DNA of 64,000 nt from an uncultured Bacteroidales bacterium (GCA_964461045.1 CAYWSJ010000004.1:1361-65360); one strand, 5' to 3'. Positions 15,464-25,579 are shown, numbered from the stretch's first letter. Made by a program: numbers and translations. Notes: generated by a model from the letters alone, not told the origin.

Positions 15464-15475
15464 AATAATTATTTT

Positions 15476-16054
15476 TTGGTGAGCCAGGAGTATAAATTAC
15501 ATATAAAAAACATGGTCTGTCCAAGATGCATTATGGCTGTAAAGGATATTTTGGACAGACTTTCTATTTCTTATATTGAAGTCAGATTGGGTGAGGTTAT
15601 ACTTAAGCAACCACAGAAAGAGATTGATATTCCAGTATTAAAGAAAGAGTTGGAGAATATTGGTTTTGAATTAATCGAAGATCAAAATGTTAAATACGTG
15701 GAAAAGATAAAGAGTTTGATTATTAATCATATAAGATATCCTGAGAATTATAAAACTCCCTATAATTTTTCATACTTTATCGCAGAAAAAACCGGGAAAG
15801 ATTATCACTATCTGAGCAAATTATTTTCTCAAAAAGAAGGAATAACGATAGAGAAATTTATTATTCTTCAAAGAGTAGAATATGTCAAAGAATTATTAAT
15901 TTATGATGAATATAACCTTAGTGAGATAGCTGATAAGTTGAATTACAGCAGTATCTCTCACCTTTCCAACCAATTCAAACAGGTAACAGGCTTTTCTCCA
16001 AGCGCTTTTAAAAAATTACAGAAAAGCGAGCGAAAGCCGCTGGATGAATTATAA
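15476..16054 (+). CDS. AraC-family transcriptional regulator with N-terminal HMA-like CxxC metal-binding domain
   Basis: N-terminus HIKNMVCPRCIMAVKDIL (HMA fold pattern). C-terminal AraC HTH LSEIADKLNYSSISHLSNQFKQVTGFSPSAFKK. TTG start at 15476; GTG at 15479 is also possible. Confidence 0.8.
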   Translation: MVSQEYKLHIKNMVCPRCIMAVKDILDRLSISYIEVRLGEVILKQPQKEIDIPVLKKELENIGFELIEDQNVKYVEKIKSLIINHIRYPENYKTPYNFSYFIAEKTGKDYHYLSKLFSQKEGITIEKFIILQRVEYVKELLIYDEYNLSEIADKLNYSSISHLSNQFKQVTGFSPSAFKKLQKSERKPLDEL

Positions 16055-16156
16055 GTTTCATAGTTAGCATAATTTCACAAATCTTTTTCAATATTCTGTA
16101 AAACAAAGAGTAACATCCACAGGTTATCTTGAGTAAAGATATGGAGGTGTTAAATT

Positions 16157-16357
16157 ATGTATCACGGACATGGATTTTTAGGTTTTGGATGGGTAATAGG
16201 AATAATCCTAGTCGTAGCTTTAATACTTATTTTTGCCAGTATATACAACAGTTCAAAATCAGAGGAGTCGACCCTGGAAATTTTAAAACGAAAATATGCC
16301 AGCGGAGAGATCAGCCGGGAAGAATTTATTAGAAGGAAGGAAGATATTGAGGAATAG
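16157..16357 (+). CDS. SHOCT-domain small membrane protein
   Basis: 66 aa. N-terminal TM, then LEILKRKYASGEISREEFIRRKEDI (SHOCT pattern). GGAGGTG lies 7 nt upstream of the ATG. Confidence 0.65.
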   Translation: MYHGHGFLGFGWVIGIILVVALILIFASIYNSSKSEESTLEILKRKYASGEISREEFIRRKEDIEE

Positions 16358-16533
16358 ACTTAATTTAATTCCAGAATATTCAAAAAGGCAGAAACTTTTT
16401 CTTGTTCTGTTTCTTTTATGGATTAGGGTGTTTTCCAAATTTTATAAATCTTTCTACAAATTTTGAAAAACACAAAGGCCTGTTTTTGGGTTCTTAGCAG
16501 TAACAAAATTGGATAAAATAAAAAAACAAAAGT

Positions 16534-16761
16534 ATGAACACGCTTAAATTTAAAACAAACCTGAAATGTGCAGGATGCATGTATGCTATTAAACCATACA
16601 TGGATGCCCTTGAAGGAGTAAATTCATGGGATGTTGATTTAGACAGCCCGGAAAAAGTTGTAGAAGTGAAGACAGATTCGGCTACGCCTGAGGAAATAAA
16701 AGAGGCTATTGAGAAAGCCATAGGAGAAGCCGGGTACACTGCAGAATTGATTAATAACTAG
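16534..16761 (+). CDS. heavy-metal-associated (CopZ-like) metallochaperone
   Basis: 75 aa. [19 protein letters not shown] has a CxxC in an HMA-fold context. Lies directly upstream of copA. Confidence 0.7.
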   Translation: MNTLKFKTNLKCAGCMYAIKPYMDALEGVNSWDVDLDSPEKVVEVKTDSATPEEIKEAIEKAIGEAGYTAELINN

Positions 16762-16781
16762 AATTGAAGAGGTGTTTTTTT

Positions 16782-18995
16782 ATGATTAAAAGAACTTTTA
16801 AGGTTGAAGGAATGCACTGTGCTTCTTGTGCCAAGAGTGTTGAAACCATGCTTGGTTCAATAGAGGGGATCGGTTCAGCGAATGTAAATTTTGCCGACGA
16901 ATCGGTTCTTGTGGAATATGATGATTCAAAGGTAGAGGAAGAAAAGATGAAAGACCATGTTCAGCAAATTGGATATGATCTTATTCTTGATCAGAAGACT
17001 GATGTACAAGAAGAACAAAACAAGGAAAAAGTTAAGTTACGAACTGCCAGGAACAGAGCTTTGTATGCTATTGCTTTTTCCTTGCCTGTCTTCGTAATTT
17101 CAATGTTCCTTAAAGAATTACCCTATCGAAACTGGATTTTGTTGGTTCTGGTATTGCCTGTGATAGGGTGGTTCGGACGAGAGTTTTTTGAAATTGCCTG
17201 GAAACAAGCCAGGAATTTTAAAGCCAATATGGACACCCTTGTTGCGCTTGGAACTGGAGCAGCTTTTATTTTTAGCCTGTTTAACACCTTGTTTCCGGAA
17301 TATCTTCAGTCAAAAGGTATTACTCCGCATGTTTATTATGAGGCAGCGGCTGTAATTATTTCTTTAATACTGCTGGGCAGGTATTTTGAAGCCCGGGCGA
17401 AGAGCCGAACATCCGATTCTATTAAGAAATTGATGGGCATGCAGGTTAAAACAGCCCGGGTAATTCGTGATCAGAAAGAAATGGAAATACCCATTGATCA
17501 GGTTAAAACAGGAGATTTTATTCAGATTCGTCCTGGTGAAAAAATACCCGTTGACGGGCAAATTATCGAGGGCTACTCCACAGTAGATGAGAGCATGATC
17601 ACCGGAGAGCCAATACCTGTAGAGAAAAGTGATGGAGAGCAAGTAATTGGGGCAACCCTGAATAAAACCGGTAGCTTTCGCATGAAGGCTGAAAAGGTAG
17701 GTTCAGATACCATGTTGTCTCAGATAATTGATATGGTAAGACAGGCTCAGGGGAGTAAAGCTCCGGTACAAAAACTGGCTGATAAAATTGCAGGAATATT
17801 CGTGCCTGTGGTTATTATTATTGCTATTGTAAGTGCGGTAATATGGTTTGTTGCGGGGCCTTCACCTCAGTTAACTTATGCTTTTGTTACCCTGGTAACG
17901 GTGCTTATTGTAGCCTGTCCTTGTGCCCTGGGGCTGGCAACACCAACAGCAATTATGGTTGGTATTGGAAAAGGAGCTGAAAATGGAATTTTGATTAAAG
18001 ATGCCAGCATTCTTGAAAAAGTGAATGAAATTGATTCAATTGTAGTTGACAAAACAGGTACCATAACCACCGGTCAGCCTATAGTTACCAATATGAAATG
18101 GGCTGGAGGGAAAAAAGATACAGAGTTGTTGGATTTGGTTTATACTTTAGAATCTAAATCAGAGCACCCCCTTGCTGATGCGATAACAGAGTATCTTTCA
18201 AAACATGCGCAAAATGGATTTTCTTTTGATGAGTTTGAATCTGTTACGGGGAAAGGACTAGAGGCAAGATATAAGGATGATCAACTCCTGATAGGTAACC
18301 AGGCTTTGATGGAGCAATATGAAATTGAAATACCTGATTCGCTGCAGGAAGAATCTGCAGATCAAGGAAAAGCAATTGCCTCAATTGTATATGTTGCTAA
18401 GAATAAACAGGTCGGACTTCTGTTTCATATTGAAGATGAAATTAAACCTACTTCAGTTAAAGCTATTAATGATTTGAAATCCTCCGGAATTGAGGTGCAT
18501 ATGCTTACCGGAGACAACAAGCCTGCGGCGCAGTCAATTGCCCAAAAGACCGGGATCGATCATTTTGAGGCAGAAGTAATGCCACAGGATAAATTAGATT
18601 ATGTAAAAAAATTGCAGAATGAAGGTCATAAAGTGGCTATGGTTGGAGATGGAATTAATGATTCTCCTGCGTTAGCCCAGGCTGATATTGGTATTGCGAT
18701 GGGCAAAGGGACCGATGTGGCCATTGAAAGTGCAGAAATAACCTTGGTAAAAGGAGATCTTCAGAAGATTAAATCTTCCATTGAATTGTCTAAAGATACT
18801 TTGAAAACCATAAAACAAAACCTGTTCTGGGCATTTATTTATAATATAATTGCATTACCCATAGCAGCCGGTGTGCTTTATCCTGTTAATGGATTTATGT
18901 TGAATCCTATGATTGCAGGTGGAGCTATGTCCTTTAGTTCAGTATCGGTTGTTATGAACAGCTTGCGCCTGAAATCAAAAAAGATGAAAAAATAA
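16782..18995 (+). CDS. copA: copper-translocating P1B-type ATPase
   Basis: N-terminal HMA GMHCASC, TM CPC motif ([11 protein letters not shown]), DKTGTIT, SEHPLA and [13 protein letters not shown] at 16782 preferred over the track's TTG at 16764. Confidence 0.92.
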   Translation: MIKRTFKVEGMHCASCAKSVETMLGSIEGIGSANVNFADESVLVEYDDSKVEEEKMKDHVQQIGYDLILDQKTDVQEEQNKEKVKLRTARNRALYAIAFSLPVFVISMFLKELPYRNWILLVLVLPVIGWFGREFFEIAWKQARNFKANMDTLVALGTGAAFIFSLFNTLFPEYLQSKGITPHVYYEAAAVIISLILLGRYFEARAKSRTSDSIKKLMGMQVKTARVIRDQKEMEIPIDQVKTGDFIQIRPGEKIPVDGQIIEGYSTVDESMITGEPIPVEKSDGEQVIGATLNKTGSFRMKAEKVGSDTMLSQIIDMVRQAQGSKAPVQKLADKIAGIFVPVVIIIAIVSAVIWFVAGPSPQLTYAFVTLVTVLIVACPCALGLATPTAIMVGIGKGAENGILIKDASILEKVNEIDSIVVDKTGTITTGQPIVTNMKWAGGKKDTELLDLVYTLESKSEHPLADAITEYLSKHAQNGFSFDEFESVTGKGLEARYKDDQLLIGNQALMEQYEIEIPDSLQEESADQGKAIASIVYVAKNKQVGLLFHIEDEIKPTSVKAINDLKSSGIEVHMLTGDNKPAAQSIAQKTGIDHFEAEVMPQDKLDYVKKLQNEGHKVAMVGDGINDSPALAQADIGIAMGKGTDVAIESAEITLVKGDLQKIKSSIELSKDTLKTIKQNLFWAFIYNIIALPIAAGVLYPVNGFMLNPMIAGGAMSFSSVSVVMNSLRLKSKKMKK

Positions 18996-19019
18996 TTTTT
19001 AACCAAAAATCAAATAGCT

Positions 19020-19412
19020 ATGAAAACAATTGTATTTAGTTTAAGTTTATTTTTAGGGTTCTTCTTGTTTAATCCTTTACAGATGAACGCCCAATGTGAA
19101 AAAGAAAGTAAGGATAAATCAGTTAAAGTTGCTGAAGCAAAAGACTGTGATCTTGAAAAGAAATCATTTGCAGTTCAGGGTAACTGTGGAATGTGTGAAA
19201 CCCGAATCGAAAAAGCGGCAAAAAGTGTTGATGGAGTTAAGAAAGCTAAGTGGGATAAGTCTTCAGATAAGCTGACTGTTTATTATCCAAAAGGAAAGGT
19301 GAATATGATGGACGTGCATAAAGCTATAGCAAATGCCGGTCATGATACATCTGAGAAAAAAGCTTCTGATAATACTTATGCAAGCCTTCCGGGCTGTTGT
19401 AAGTATAGATAA
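19020..19412 (+). CDS. secreted HMA-domain metal-binding protein
   Basis: 130 aa. Signal peptide, GNCGMCETRIEKAAKSV (CxxC HMA) and a C-terminal PGCC. Confidence 0.7.
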   Translation: MKTIVFSLSLFLGFFLFNPLQMNAQCEKESKDKSVKVAEAKDCDLEKKSFAVQGNCGMCETRIEKAAKSVDGVKKAKWDKSSDKLTVYYPKGKVNMMDVHKAIANAGHDTSEKKASDNTYASLPGCCKYR

Positions 19413-19437
19413 AAACTAAAGGAAAACTTTACTCAAT

Positions 19438-19490
19438 AAAAAGAGAATGTTTATCACAATCAGTGATTTTCGTTCTCTTTTTTTTTTATT
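19438..19490 (+). terminator. rho-independent-type terminator after the copper cluster
   Basis: AAAAAGAGAA (19438-19447) pairs with TTCTCTTTTT (19473-19482). There is an inner ATCAC/GTGAT hairpin and a 10-nt T-run. Confidence 0.55.
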
Positions 19491-19523
19491 TTTGAAATAA
19501 TAATAACAAGCTATTTATTGTTT

Positions 19524-19531
19524 TATATTTG
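19524..19531 (+). promoter_or_regulatory. -7 box TATATTTG
   Basis: Matches TAnnTTTG, 15 nt upstream of the ATG at 19547. Confidence 0.35.
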
Positions 19532-19546
19532 CGAAAAATTTAAGAT

Positions 19547-20242
19547 ATGAATAACACAGGAGTTTTAAGTGCCTCGGGAGTTATTAAAAAGAAAGAACTG
19601 GTAAAAAATCATATCTGCAGATACTTGTCAGATTATTTAGTACTTGAATCTCTTAATCCTTTTCCCGCAATAAAGTTTAAATCAAAGAAGAAGTTACCCC
19701 ACTATTATTATATTGCACTCAGTGAAAATTATCTTGAACATGACCTGAAGATAGCCATTCGTAAAATAGAAAGGAAATATAAAGAAGAAATAACCTCGGC
19801 AATAGGGTATTTAGAAGTAAATGGAACCAGTTATACTGTAGTTAGATTAAAAAATATTAATCGATCTGTTTTAAAATCTGTTTTTCAGCATTACCTTGAT
19901 GAAGGGATGAAAATTGCAACTACCAGAGAGAATATTCAGGATAAAGCAGTAGTTGAGATCAGAAAGTTTTTTTATCTCGAAAAAATTTCAGATACCATAT
20001 ATTCAGATTTAGACGATGATGCGATAGGTTATTTTGAAATTCCCAAAGAAATTTCCTGGGAAACATTTGTGCAATTAACACATGAGATAAAGGGCAAGGA
20101 TGATGCACTTATTTTTGATGCTGCTTTGGGTACCATTCAGAAAAATACTGTAACTCATCACATGATCCGCATTTATTATCCCGAGATGAACGAGGAGGTA
20201 CTGAAAAATATCAGCAATGAATACTTAAAACGCTTAAAATAA
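19547..20242 (+). CDS. hypothetical protein
   Basis: 231-aa ORF with no recognisable motif. Its stop overlaps the next start (TAATG). Confidence 0.5.
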   Translation: MNNTGVLSASGVIKKKELVKNHICRYLSDYLVLESLNPFPAIKFKSKKKLPHYYYIALSENYLEHDLKIAIRKIERKYKEEITSAIGYLEVNGTSYTVVRLKNINRSVLKSVFQHYLDEGMKIATTRENIQDKAVVEIRKFFYLEKISDTIYSDLDDDAIGYFEIPKEISWETFVQLTHEIKGKDDALIFDAALGTIQKNTVTHHMIRIYYPEMNEEVLKNISNEYLKRLK

Positions 20243-21252
20243 TGAAAGCGGGGGATGCAAAGCAGCCTCATTTGTTAGAAAAAATGATTTTCAGAATTGA
20301 AGATAAACGCAATTTTGAAGATTTAACTTTCCAGGTTTTTAATTTTCAGTTTGAAAACAATCCGGTATATGCTGAATATTGTCAATTATTAGAAAAGAAT
20401 CCTGGAAATATCAACAGCCTGAGCGATATTCCCTTTTTACCTGTTGAATTTTTTAAAAGCCATATAGTAACTACATTCTCTGAATCCTATGAGAAGCTTT
20501 TTTTAAGCAGCGGAACTACAAATATGGAAAGGAGCAAGCATTATGTAAAAAAAATGGCGTTGTATAAAAAAAGCTTTCTTGATACTTTCATACAATTTTA
20601 TGGAGAACCTTCTAATTATTGCTTACTTGCCCTTCTGCCGGGATATTATGAAAACGAAAATTCTTCCCTTATATTCATGGTTCGTGAACTGATAGATAAA
20701 TCAAACCACCCGGAAAGCGGTTTTTATCTAAATGACATGGAAAATATATTTCAAAAGATGATGGAACTGGATAAAAAAGGACAGCCCATTATCTTATTTG
20801 GTGTAAGCTTTGCTTTAATTGATATGGCTGAAAGGTATTCTTATTCTTTTAATCATTTAATTGTTATTGAAACAGGGGGAATGAAGGGGAGAAGAAAAGA
20901 AATTACACGTGAAGAGTTGCATAGTAAATTAAAAAAATCTTTTGGCTTACCCAACATCCATTCTGAATACGGGATGGCTGAATTGCTTTCACAGGCTTAC
21001 TCGAAGGGAGAAGGCAAATTTTATACTCCTCCGTGGGTGAAAATCCTTATACGGGAATATTATGATCCTTTTTCTGTAGGAAAAATTAACAAAAGCGGTG
21101 GAATAAATATTATCGACCTGGCAAATCTTTATTCATGTTCGTTTATTGAAACCAAGGATATTGGGAGGAAAAACGAAGATGGTTCGGTTGAAGTGCTGGG
21201 GCGGTTTGATTCAAGCGAGATAAGAGGGTGTAATTTAATGGTATTGGAATAA
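20242..21252 (+). CDS. LuxE/PaaK-type acyl-protein synthetase-like adenylating enzyme
   Basis: 336 aa. FLSSGTT, ETGGMKGRRKE and SEYGMAELLSQAY fit the LuxE-like family pattern. Confidence 0.65.
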   Translation: MKAGDAKQPHLLEKMIFRIEDKRNFEDLTFQVFNFQFENNPVYAEYCQLLEKNPGNINSLSDIPFLPVEFFKSHIVTTFSESYEKLFLSSGTTNMERSKHYVKKMALYKKSFLDTFIQFYGEPSNYCLLALLPGYYENENSSLIFMVRELIDKSNHPESGFYLNDMENIFQKMMELDKKGQPIILFGVSFALIDMAERYSYSFNHLIVIETGGMKGRRKEITREELHSKLKKSFGLPNIHSEYGMAELLSQAYSKGEGKFYTPPWVKILIREYYDPFSVGKINKSGGINIIDLANLYSCSFIETKDIGRKNEDGSVEVLGRFDSSEIRGCNLMVLE

Positions 21253-21285
21253 AAGGGCCTGCTTAATAAGTAAGCAAACCCTTTT
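21251..21285. terminator. bidirectional hairpin terminator
   Basis: AAAAGGG-cc-TGCTTA / loop ATAAG / TAAGCA-aa-CCCTTTT, between convergent genes. Confidence 0.6.
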
Positions 21286-21300
21286 CTAACCTCCAGGGAA

Positions 21301-22422
21301 TTATTGAATTCCTAATTTTTTGGCAATTTCTTCAGGGATAGCGTCTTTATGAACCATGATGGCAACAGTATTTAGTTTCATAAAAGGATCACTCATAAAG
21401 AGGAATCCGTCGTAATCATTGCTATCTGCCGACCATGAATTTTTTGTTTTATAATAACGTGTTCCGTTTTGATCTACACTAATACCCGTAAGATGCATCA
21501 GGTGGTCGTCTGTGGTAGTGAAATTGTTAAATAAATTTTGTCGCATTTCGGGGGTTATGGTTTTTTCTTCAACAGGATGAGTTTTAAAATCCGTATCCAA
21601 ATCTTCAGGAACTACAGCTACTCCATCACCATGTGAAAATCCTTTGCTGCTCACATCTCCATCCCAGATAATGGAATACCCTTCTTTTATTGAATTTTCC
21701 ATTACATCCATCAGGTCTTCCAGGGGTAAATTGTAATAGGGATCATGCGACCAGTTATCCGGAATTTCCAGGATAAAGGATTTATAATAATCATGATGGG
21801 TATAAGAGGTTAGTTCAATATAATTATCCATGTTAATTCCTAACATATTTTGAAATTCTTTAGGAGTATAATTTTTGCCTTCATATTCAAATTTTTCCGG
21901 CAGTTCTCCCAGGTATGCCTCTAAAATTGCACTATAAGCTTTGTGCCATACCGGGCTTAGCTTTCTGTTGTCTGCCAGGTCATCAACAAAAGCTTTAAGT
22001 ACAGAAGCCATTTCATAGTGGTTGTGGACTTCACTCCCATATTGTAACCCACTGTAGGCACTTTCGGGTACTATCCCGTGTTGTTTTATTTCCCGTGTTG
22101 CATCGTGAGCTTGTCCGCCCTGGCCAAAATTATTATTCCCATGATAGCGTATATAGTCTTTTCCCTTTTTGAGGTAAGCATTGTGAACCACAAACATCTC
22201 GGATAAATCGTATTCCTGTTTCCCCATACGGATAAGTTCAGTTTCCAGAAATGATGTAGTGGCATAACACCAGCAAGTTCCCGACCTGCCCTGGCTTTTT
22301 ACTGTTGATGTTTCCAGATCAACAACTGTGTTAAATTCATATTTATCCTGACTGTGCAGGGAAAAACTAAAAAAAGTAGTTAAAAACAGACTGATTAATA
22401 ATGTGTTCTTTAATTGTTTCAT
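21301..22422 (-). CDS. C1-family cysteine peptidase (aminopeptidase C / bleomycin hydrolase-like), secreted
   Basis: 373 aa with signal peptide. QGRSGTCWCYATTSFLE contains the catalytic Gln/Cys context. Confidence 0.75.
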   Translation of the reverse strand: MKQLKNTLLISLFLTTFFSFSLHSQDKYEFNTVVDLETSTVKSQGRSGTCWCYATTSFLETELIRMGKQEYDLSEMFVVHNAYLKKGKDYIRYHGNNNFGQGGQAHDATREIKQHGIVPESAYSGLQYGSEVHNHYEMASVLKAFVDDLADNRKLSPVWHKAYSAILEAYLGELPEKFEYEGKNYTPKEFQNMLGINMDNYIELTSYTHHDYYKSFILEIPDNWSHDPYYNLPLEDLMDVMENSIKEGYSIIWDGDVSSKGFSHGDGVAVVPEDLDTDFKTHPVEEKTITPEMRQNLFNNFTTTDDHLMHLTGISVDQNGTRYYKTKNSWSADSNDYDGFLFMSDPFMKLNTVAIMVHKDAIPEEIAKKLGIQ

Positions 22423-23015
22423 GATATTTCCTTTTTTTGATTTACAGTAAAAGTTGTAACACCTCCGGAAACAATGAATTTCATGACTTCCGTTGGAGAT
22501 CCATTAATTTTTTTGATATTCTCACAGGGAACAATAAAAAGCTCTCCTGAAAAATTGTATGAATGTGGAAAATATACCGCTGCCTTTTTCCCTTCAACGC
22601 CAATATTGCTAAGATCTTTCTGTGTAAGAAAACCCATTTTTTCCAGTTCTGAAACCGCGTTTACTTTAACAAGTACCGGTTGGTTGAATTTCCTGTCTTT
22701 TCCTACAAATCCTGAAAAGAGATCTTTAAGTGAGGAGTAAATAACTTTCAGGATTGGAGCACGCTCTAATATTTTACCCACTGTGCTTTTTACAGGTTTA
22801 GCAATGATGGTTTGTCCCATATACCCCAGAAGAGTTACCAGGATAAGAATAGCTACCAGTCCAATGCCCGGTATGTGGTAACCAATTATATCAATGACGT
22901 AGGGCTTTAGAAGCCCATCAAGAAATTTTAAAAGATTGTATAGTATTACTACTGTAATGCCCAGCGGTGCAATGTACAGTAAACCCTGCAAGAAATAGGT
23001 TCCCAGCTTCTTCAT
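22419..23015 (-). CDS. DUF502 family membrane protein
   Basis: 198 aa with two N-terminal TMs. PGIGLVAILILVTLLG and FPHSYNFSGELFIVP patterns. 4-nt ATGA overlap with the downstream gene. Confidence 0.6.
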   Translation of the reverse strand: MKKLGTYFLQGLLYIAPLGITVVILYNLLKFLDGLLKPYVIDIIGYHIPGIGLVAILILVTLLGYMGQTIIAKPVKSTVGKILERAPILKVIYSSLKDLFSGFVGKDRKFNQPVLVKVNAVSELEKMGFLTQKDLSNIGVEGKKAAVYFPHSYNFSGELFIVPCENIKKINGSPTEVMKFIVSGGVTTFTVNQKKEIS

Positions 23016-23076
23016 AACATTATTAGATTAAAAGATTTGACTATAATTTGATAAACAAGATTAAAAGTTGAGTGAA

Positions 23077-23433
23077 TTATTTTAACTTCTCTAGTTCATT
23101 TTTTTGTTTTTTTGTGAGCTTATCTGCTACAAGATTGTAAGAATGATCAATCCATTCATAAATAATATTATCCGCAATTGTCCCATCTATAAAAATGGTA
23201 TTCCAGTGTTTCTTGTTCATATGATAACCCGGCTTAATATTTGTATATTGTTCTCTTAAATCAATTGCCTTTTCAGGGTCACATTTTAAATTAATATGTA
23301 ACTCATCTTCAAGATCTGTCAATGCAAACATTTTTTCCATGACCTTAAAAACCAGCGTGGTCTCATCAAAAGGGAAGTCTTCTGTAGCACCTGGTTTTTT
23401 AATGCAGTATTCTCTTAATTCTTCTATATTCAT
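23077..23433 (-). CDS. MmcQ/YjbR-family protein
   Basis: 118 aa. LREYCIKKPGATEDFPFDETTLVFKV and GYHMNKKHWNT are typical of YjbR. Confidence 0.7.
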   Translation of the reverse strand: MNIEELREYCIKKPGATEDFPFDETTLVFKVMEKMFALTDLEDELHINLKCDPEKAIDLREQYTNIKPGYHMNKKHWNTIFIDGTIADNIIYEWIDHSYNLVADKLTKKQKNELEKLK

Positions 23434-23529
23434 ATCTTTTTTTTAGAAATCATAGACCAGATAATTAGGATTCACCATTAATAACAAAAAAATTAAATTG
23501 TTATAGCAAGACAAACGCAAAACATTTTC

Positions 23530-23892
23530 TTATAAAAGACTTGGTTGAAAAGCATCTTCAATATGTTCTAGTTTTGGTTCTCCATTTTCAAAATAAACAA
23601 AAATTACATCAAAACGAGCTTCCTTTTCAATATCTTTTTCATGGATATAAGCCTCTGTTGCATCAATAAGGAATCGTTGTTTTTTCCTTGAAACCAGCTC
23701 GTTCGGAGTTTCAATACCCTCGGAGCTTCTTGTTTTTACTTCAATAATTACAAGAAATTCTTCTATTGCTGCAATAATATCAATTTCTTTGTGTTTATAA
23801 TACCAGTTTTGCTCAAGAATTTCATAATGTCTTTCTTTTAAAAAATGAACTGCAAGAGATTCACCTTTTAAACCAAATTCCTTTTTTTTCAT
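23530..23892 (-). CDS. YraN-family (UPF0102) endonuclease-like protein
   Basis: 120 aa. GESLAVHFLKERHYEILEQNW, EIDIIA and IIEVKTR. Confidence 0.75.
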   Translation of the reverse strand: MKKKEFGLKGESLAVHFLKERHYEILEQNWYYKHKEIDIIAAIEEFLVIIEVKTRSSEGIETPNELVSRKKQRFLIDATEAYIHEKDIEKEARFDVIFVYFENGEPKLEHIEDAFQPSLL

Positions 23893-23956
23893 TCTAATTG
23901 TAACTTTTAATTTTATTTTTCGAAAAATATAGAAAGATTCAATCTTTTATAAAGAT

Positions 23957-24595
23957 ATGTATTTTCTCAAGAAAAAACTATGGTGTCTCCTGCTTCTGCT
24001 TGTATATCCTTTTGTTACAGCAGGTTTTGAGGGAAAAATTATGATGGTAAAGAAAACCTATTATGACACAAGTTATATACAATTCTTTGTAAAAGGCAAC
24101 CAGGTTAGGATAGATAATTATACCAGCAATGAGGAGTTGGGTAATACCCTGATTATAAACACTAAGTCAGAAAAGGCTTATTTGCTTGATTTTGAAAGAA
24201 TGAAATATACAGAGCTTCATATCCCACCGGCTTCCTCAGAAAAAACAGATAACTATAAGATATTAAAAACCAAAAATTTCAAGAAAATAAATGGGATAAA
24301 ATGTTATCAATGGCGCGTGAGAAACCGTAAAAAAAATAGTGAAGTGGCTTTTTGGGTAGCACGAAAAGATCTTGATTTCTTCAATAAATTAATCCCTATT
24401 CTTTCTCATATTAGCGGGACATACGAGTTTTATGAACGAATTCATGGAAAGACAAATTATTTTCCATTTATGATTGTTGAAAGGAGTTTGTTGAGAAAAG
24501 AACGTCAGAGGCTTGCAGTTGTTGATATTCAGAGTACTTCCGTAAACAATGGTATGTTTAATATTCCTGACAGTTTTATAGAGGTCAAGCGTTGA
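23957..24595 (+). CDS. secreted hypothetical protein
   Basis: 212-aa ORF with an N-terminal hydrophobic signal-like segment. No catalytic motif. Confidence 0.5.
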   Translation: MYFLKKKLWCLLLLLVYPFVTAGFEGKIMMVKKTYYDTSYIQFFVKGNQVRIDNYTSNEELGNTLIINTKSEKAYLLDFERMKYTELHIPPASSEKTDNYKILKTKNFKKINGIKCYQWRVRNRKKNSEVAFWVARKDLDFFNKLIPILSHISGTYEFYERIHGKTNYFPFMIVERSLLRKERQRLAVVDIQSTSVNNGMFNIPDSFIEVKR

Positions 24596-25496
24596 AGGTG
24601 ATCTTAATTTTATTGTTTTCTCTTCCCAGCTTTATCTCTTCTCCCAAAACCAGTGGGAGATTGGTTTTTAGATGACCCACCGGGCAGTTGTAAAATACAG
24701 GTATTTTAAGATCATTTGTTACATCCTCAATAATTTCATTGGCTGTTTTACCAAAGGAAGTGCTGTTATCATTCATATCTGTCATCCCACCAACTACTAT
24801 TGCCCTGCACTTATCAAGCTTTCCTGAAAGTTTAAGGTTCATCATCATACGGTCGATATGATATAGGTATTCATCCAGATCTTCGAGAAATAATATCTTA
24901 TCCTTTGTTTCAATATCATAAGGAGTTCCTATCAGACTGTATAACACAGAGAGATTTCCACCGGTCAGGATTCCTTCTGCCTTTTCTTTTGGCGGTTCTT
25001 TAAATTCAGGTTTCCATTTTATTTGAATTTTTTCCCCGAATAATATTTTTTTCAGATAAAGAAGTGAATCATCTTCTTTCCCGTCAGAAGGAAAATTTAA
25101 AGGCATTGTACCATGTATGGTTTTTATCTGCAGCTTTTGGTTTACAAAAGAATGTAAGGTGGTAATATCGCTGTAGCCAATAATCCATTTAGGGTTTTCA
25201 GTTAACTTATTCCATTTTATATTTTGCAGGGTTCTAATAGTGCCGTAGCCCCCTCTTGCACAAAAAACAGCTTTTATCTTTGGGTTGTCAATCATTTCCT
25301 GAAGATCAGCTCGCCTTTCTTCATCCTTACCTGCAAATTGATTGTATTTCTTAAATATATTTTTTCCTGTAACTACATTAAGTCCCCATTTTTCAAATAT
25401 ATTAAAAGCAGGAACAAGTTCACTTTTGCTAATGCTCCTTGCCGGGGCAATAATTCCAATTGAATCGCCTTTATTTAATGGAGGAGGAGTTATCAT
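24585..25496 (-). CDS. LD-carboxypeptidase (peptidase S66)
   Basis: 303 aa. IGIIAPA, CARGGYG and [10 protein letters not shown] (Ser nucleophile context). Confidence 0.8.
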   Translation of the reverse strand: MITPPPLNKGDSIGIIAPARSISKSELVPAFNIFEKWGLNVVTGKNIFKKYNQFAGKDEERRADLQEMIDNPKIKAVFCARGGYGTIRTLQNIKWNKLTENPKWIIGYSDITTLHSFVNQKLQIKTIHGTMPLNFPSDGKEDDSLLYLKKILFGEKIQIKWKPEFKEPPKEKAEGILTGGNLSVLYSLIGTPYDIETKDKILFLEDLDEYLYHIDRMMMNLKLSGKLDKCRAIVVGGMTDMNDNSTSFGKTANEIIEDVTNDLKIPVFYNCPVGHLKTNLPLVLGEEIKLGRENNKIKITFNA

Positions 25497-25527
25497 GTTT
25501 CAATTATTATTTGAAAATTTTCTTAAC

Positions 25528-25535
25528 TATATTTG
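25528..25535 (+). promoter_or_regulatory. -7 box TATATTTG upstream of metG
   Basis: Matches TAnnTTTG, 44 nt upstream of the ATG at 25580. It lies inside the track's N-terminal extension, which supports the shorter start. Confidence 0.4.
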
Positions 25536-25579
25536 CCGGAATAAAGTTAAGCAAAACAAACCATTTCAAAAATTTTGAT

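Noticed and set aside
16129-16332. 67-aa ORF overlapping the SHOCT gene in another frame
   Set aside because: The alternative frame (16157-16357) gives a TM helix plus a clear SHOCT motif and has an SD-like sequence at proper spacing. This frame gives an R/N-rich product with no features.
14868-19412. Copper cluster as a horizontally acquired genomic island
   Set aside because: No integrase, transposase, tRNA target or flanking direct or inverted repeats are visible. Composition does not look different by eye, and this cannot be established without a computation.
25460-25579. 40-codon N-terminal extension of metG proposed by the ORF track
   Set aside because: The extension overlaps the divergent LD-carboxypeptidase gene and contains the likely promoter box. 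Its sequence ([18 protein letters not shown]...) is unlike MetRS; the conserved N-terminus starts at [10 protein letters not shown].
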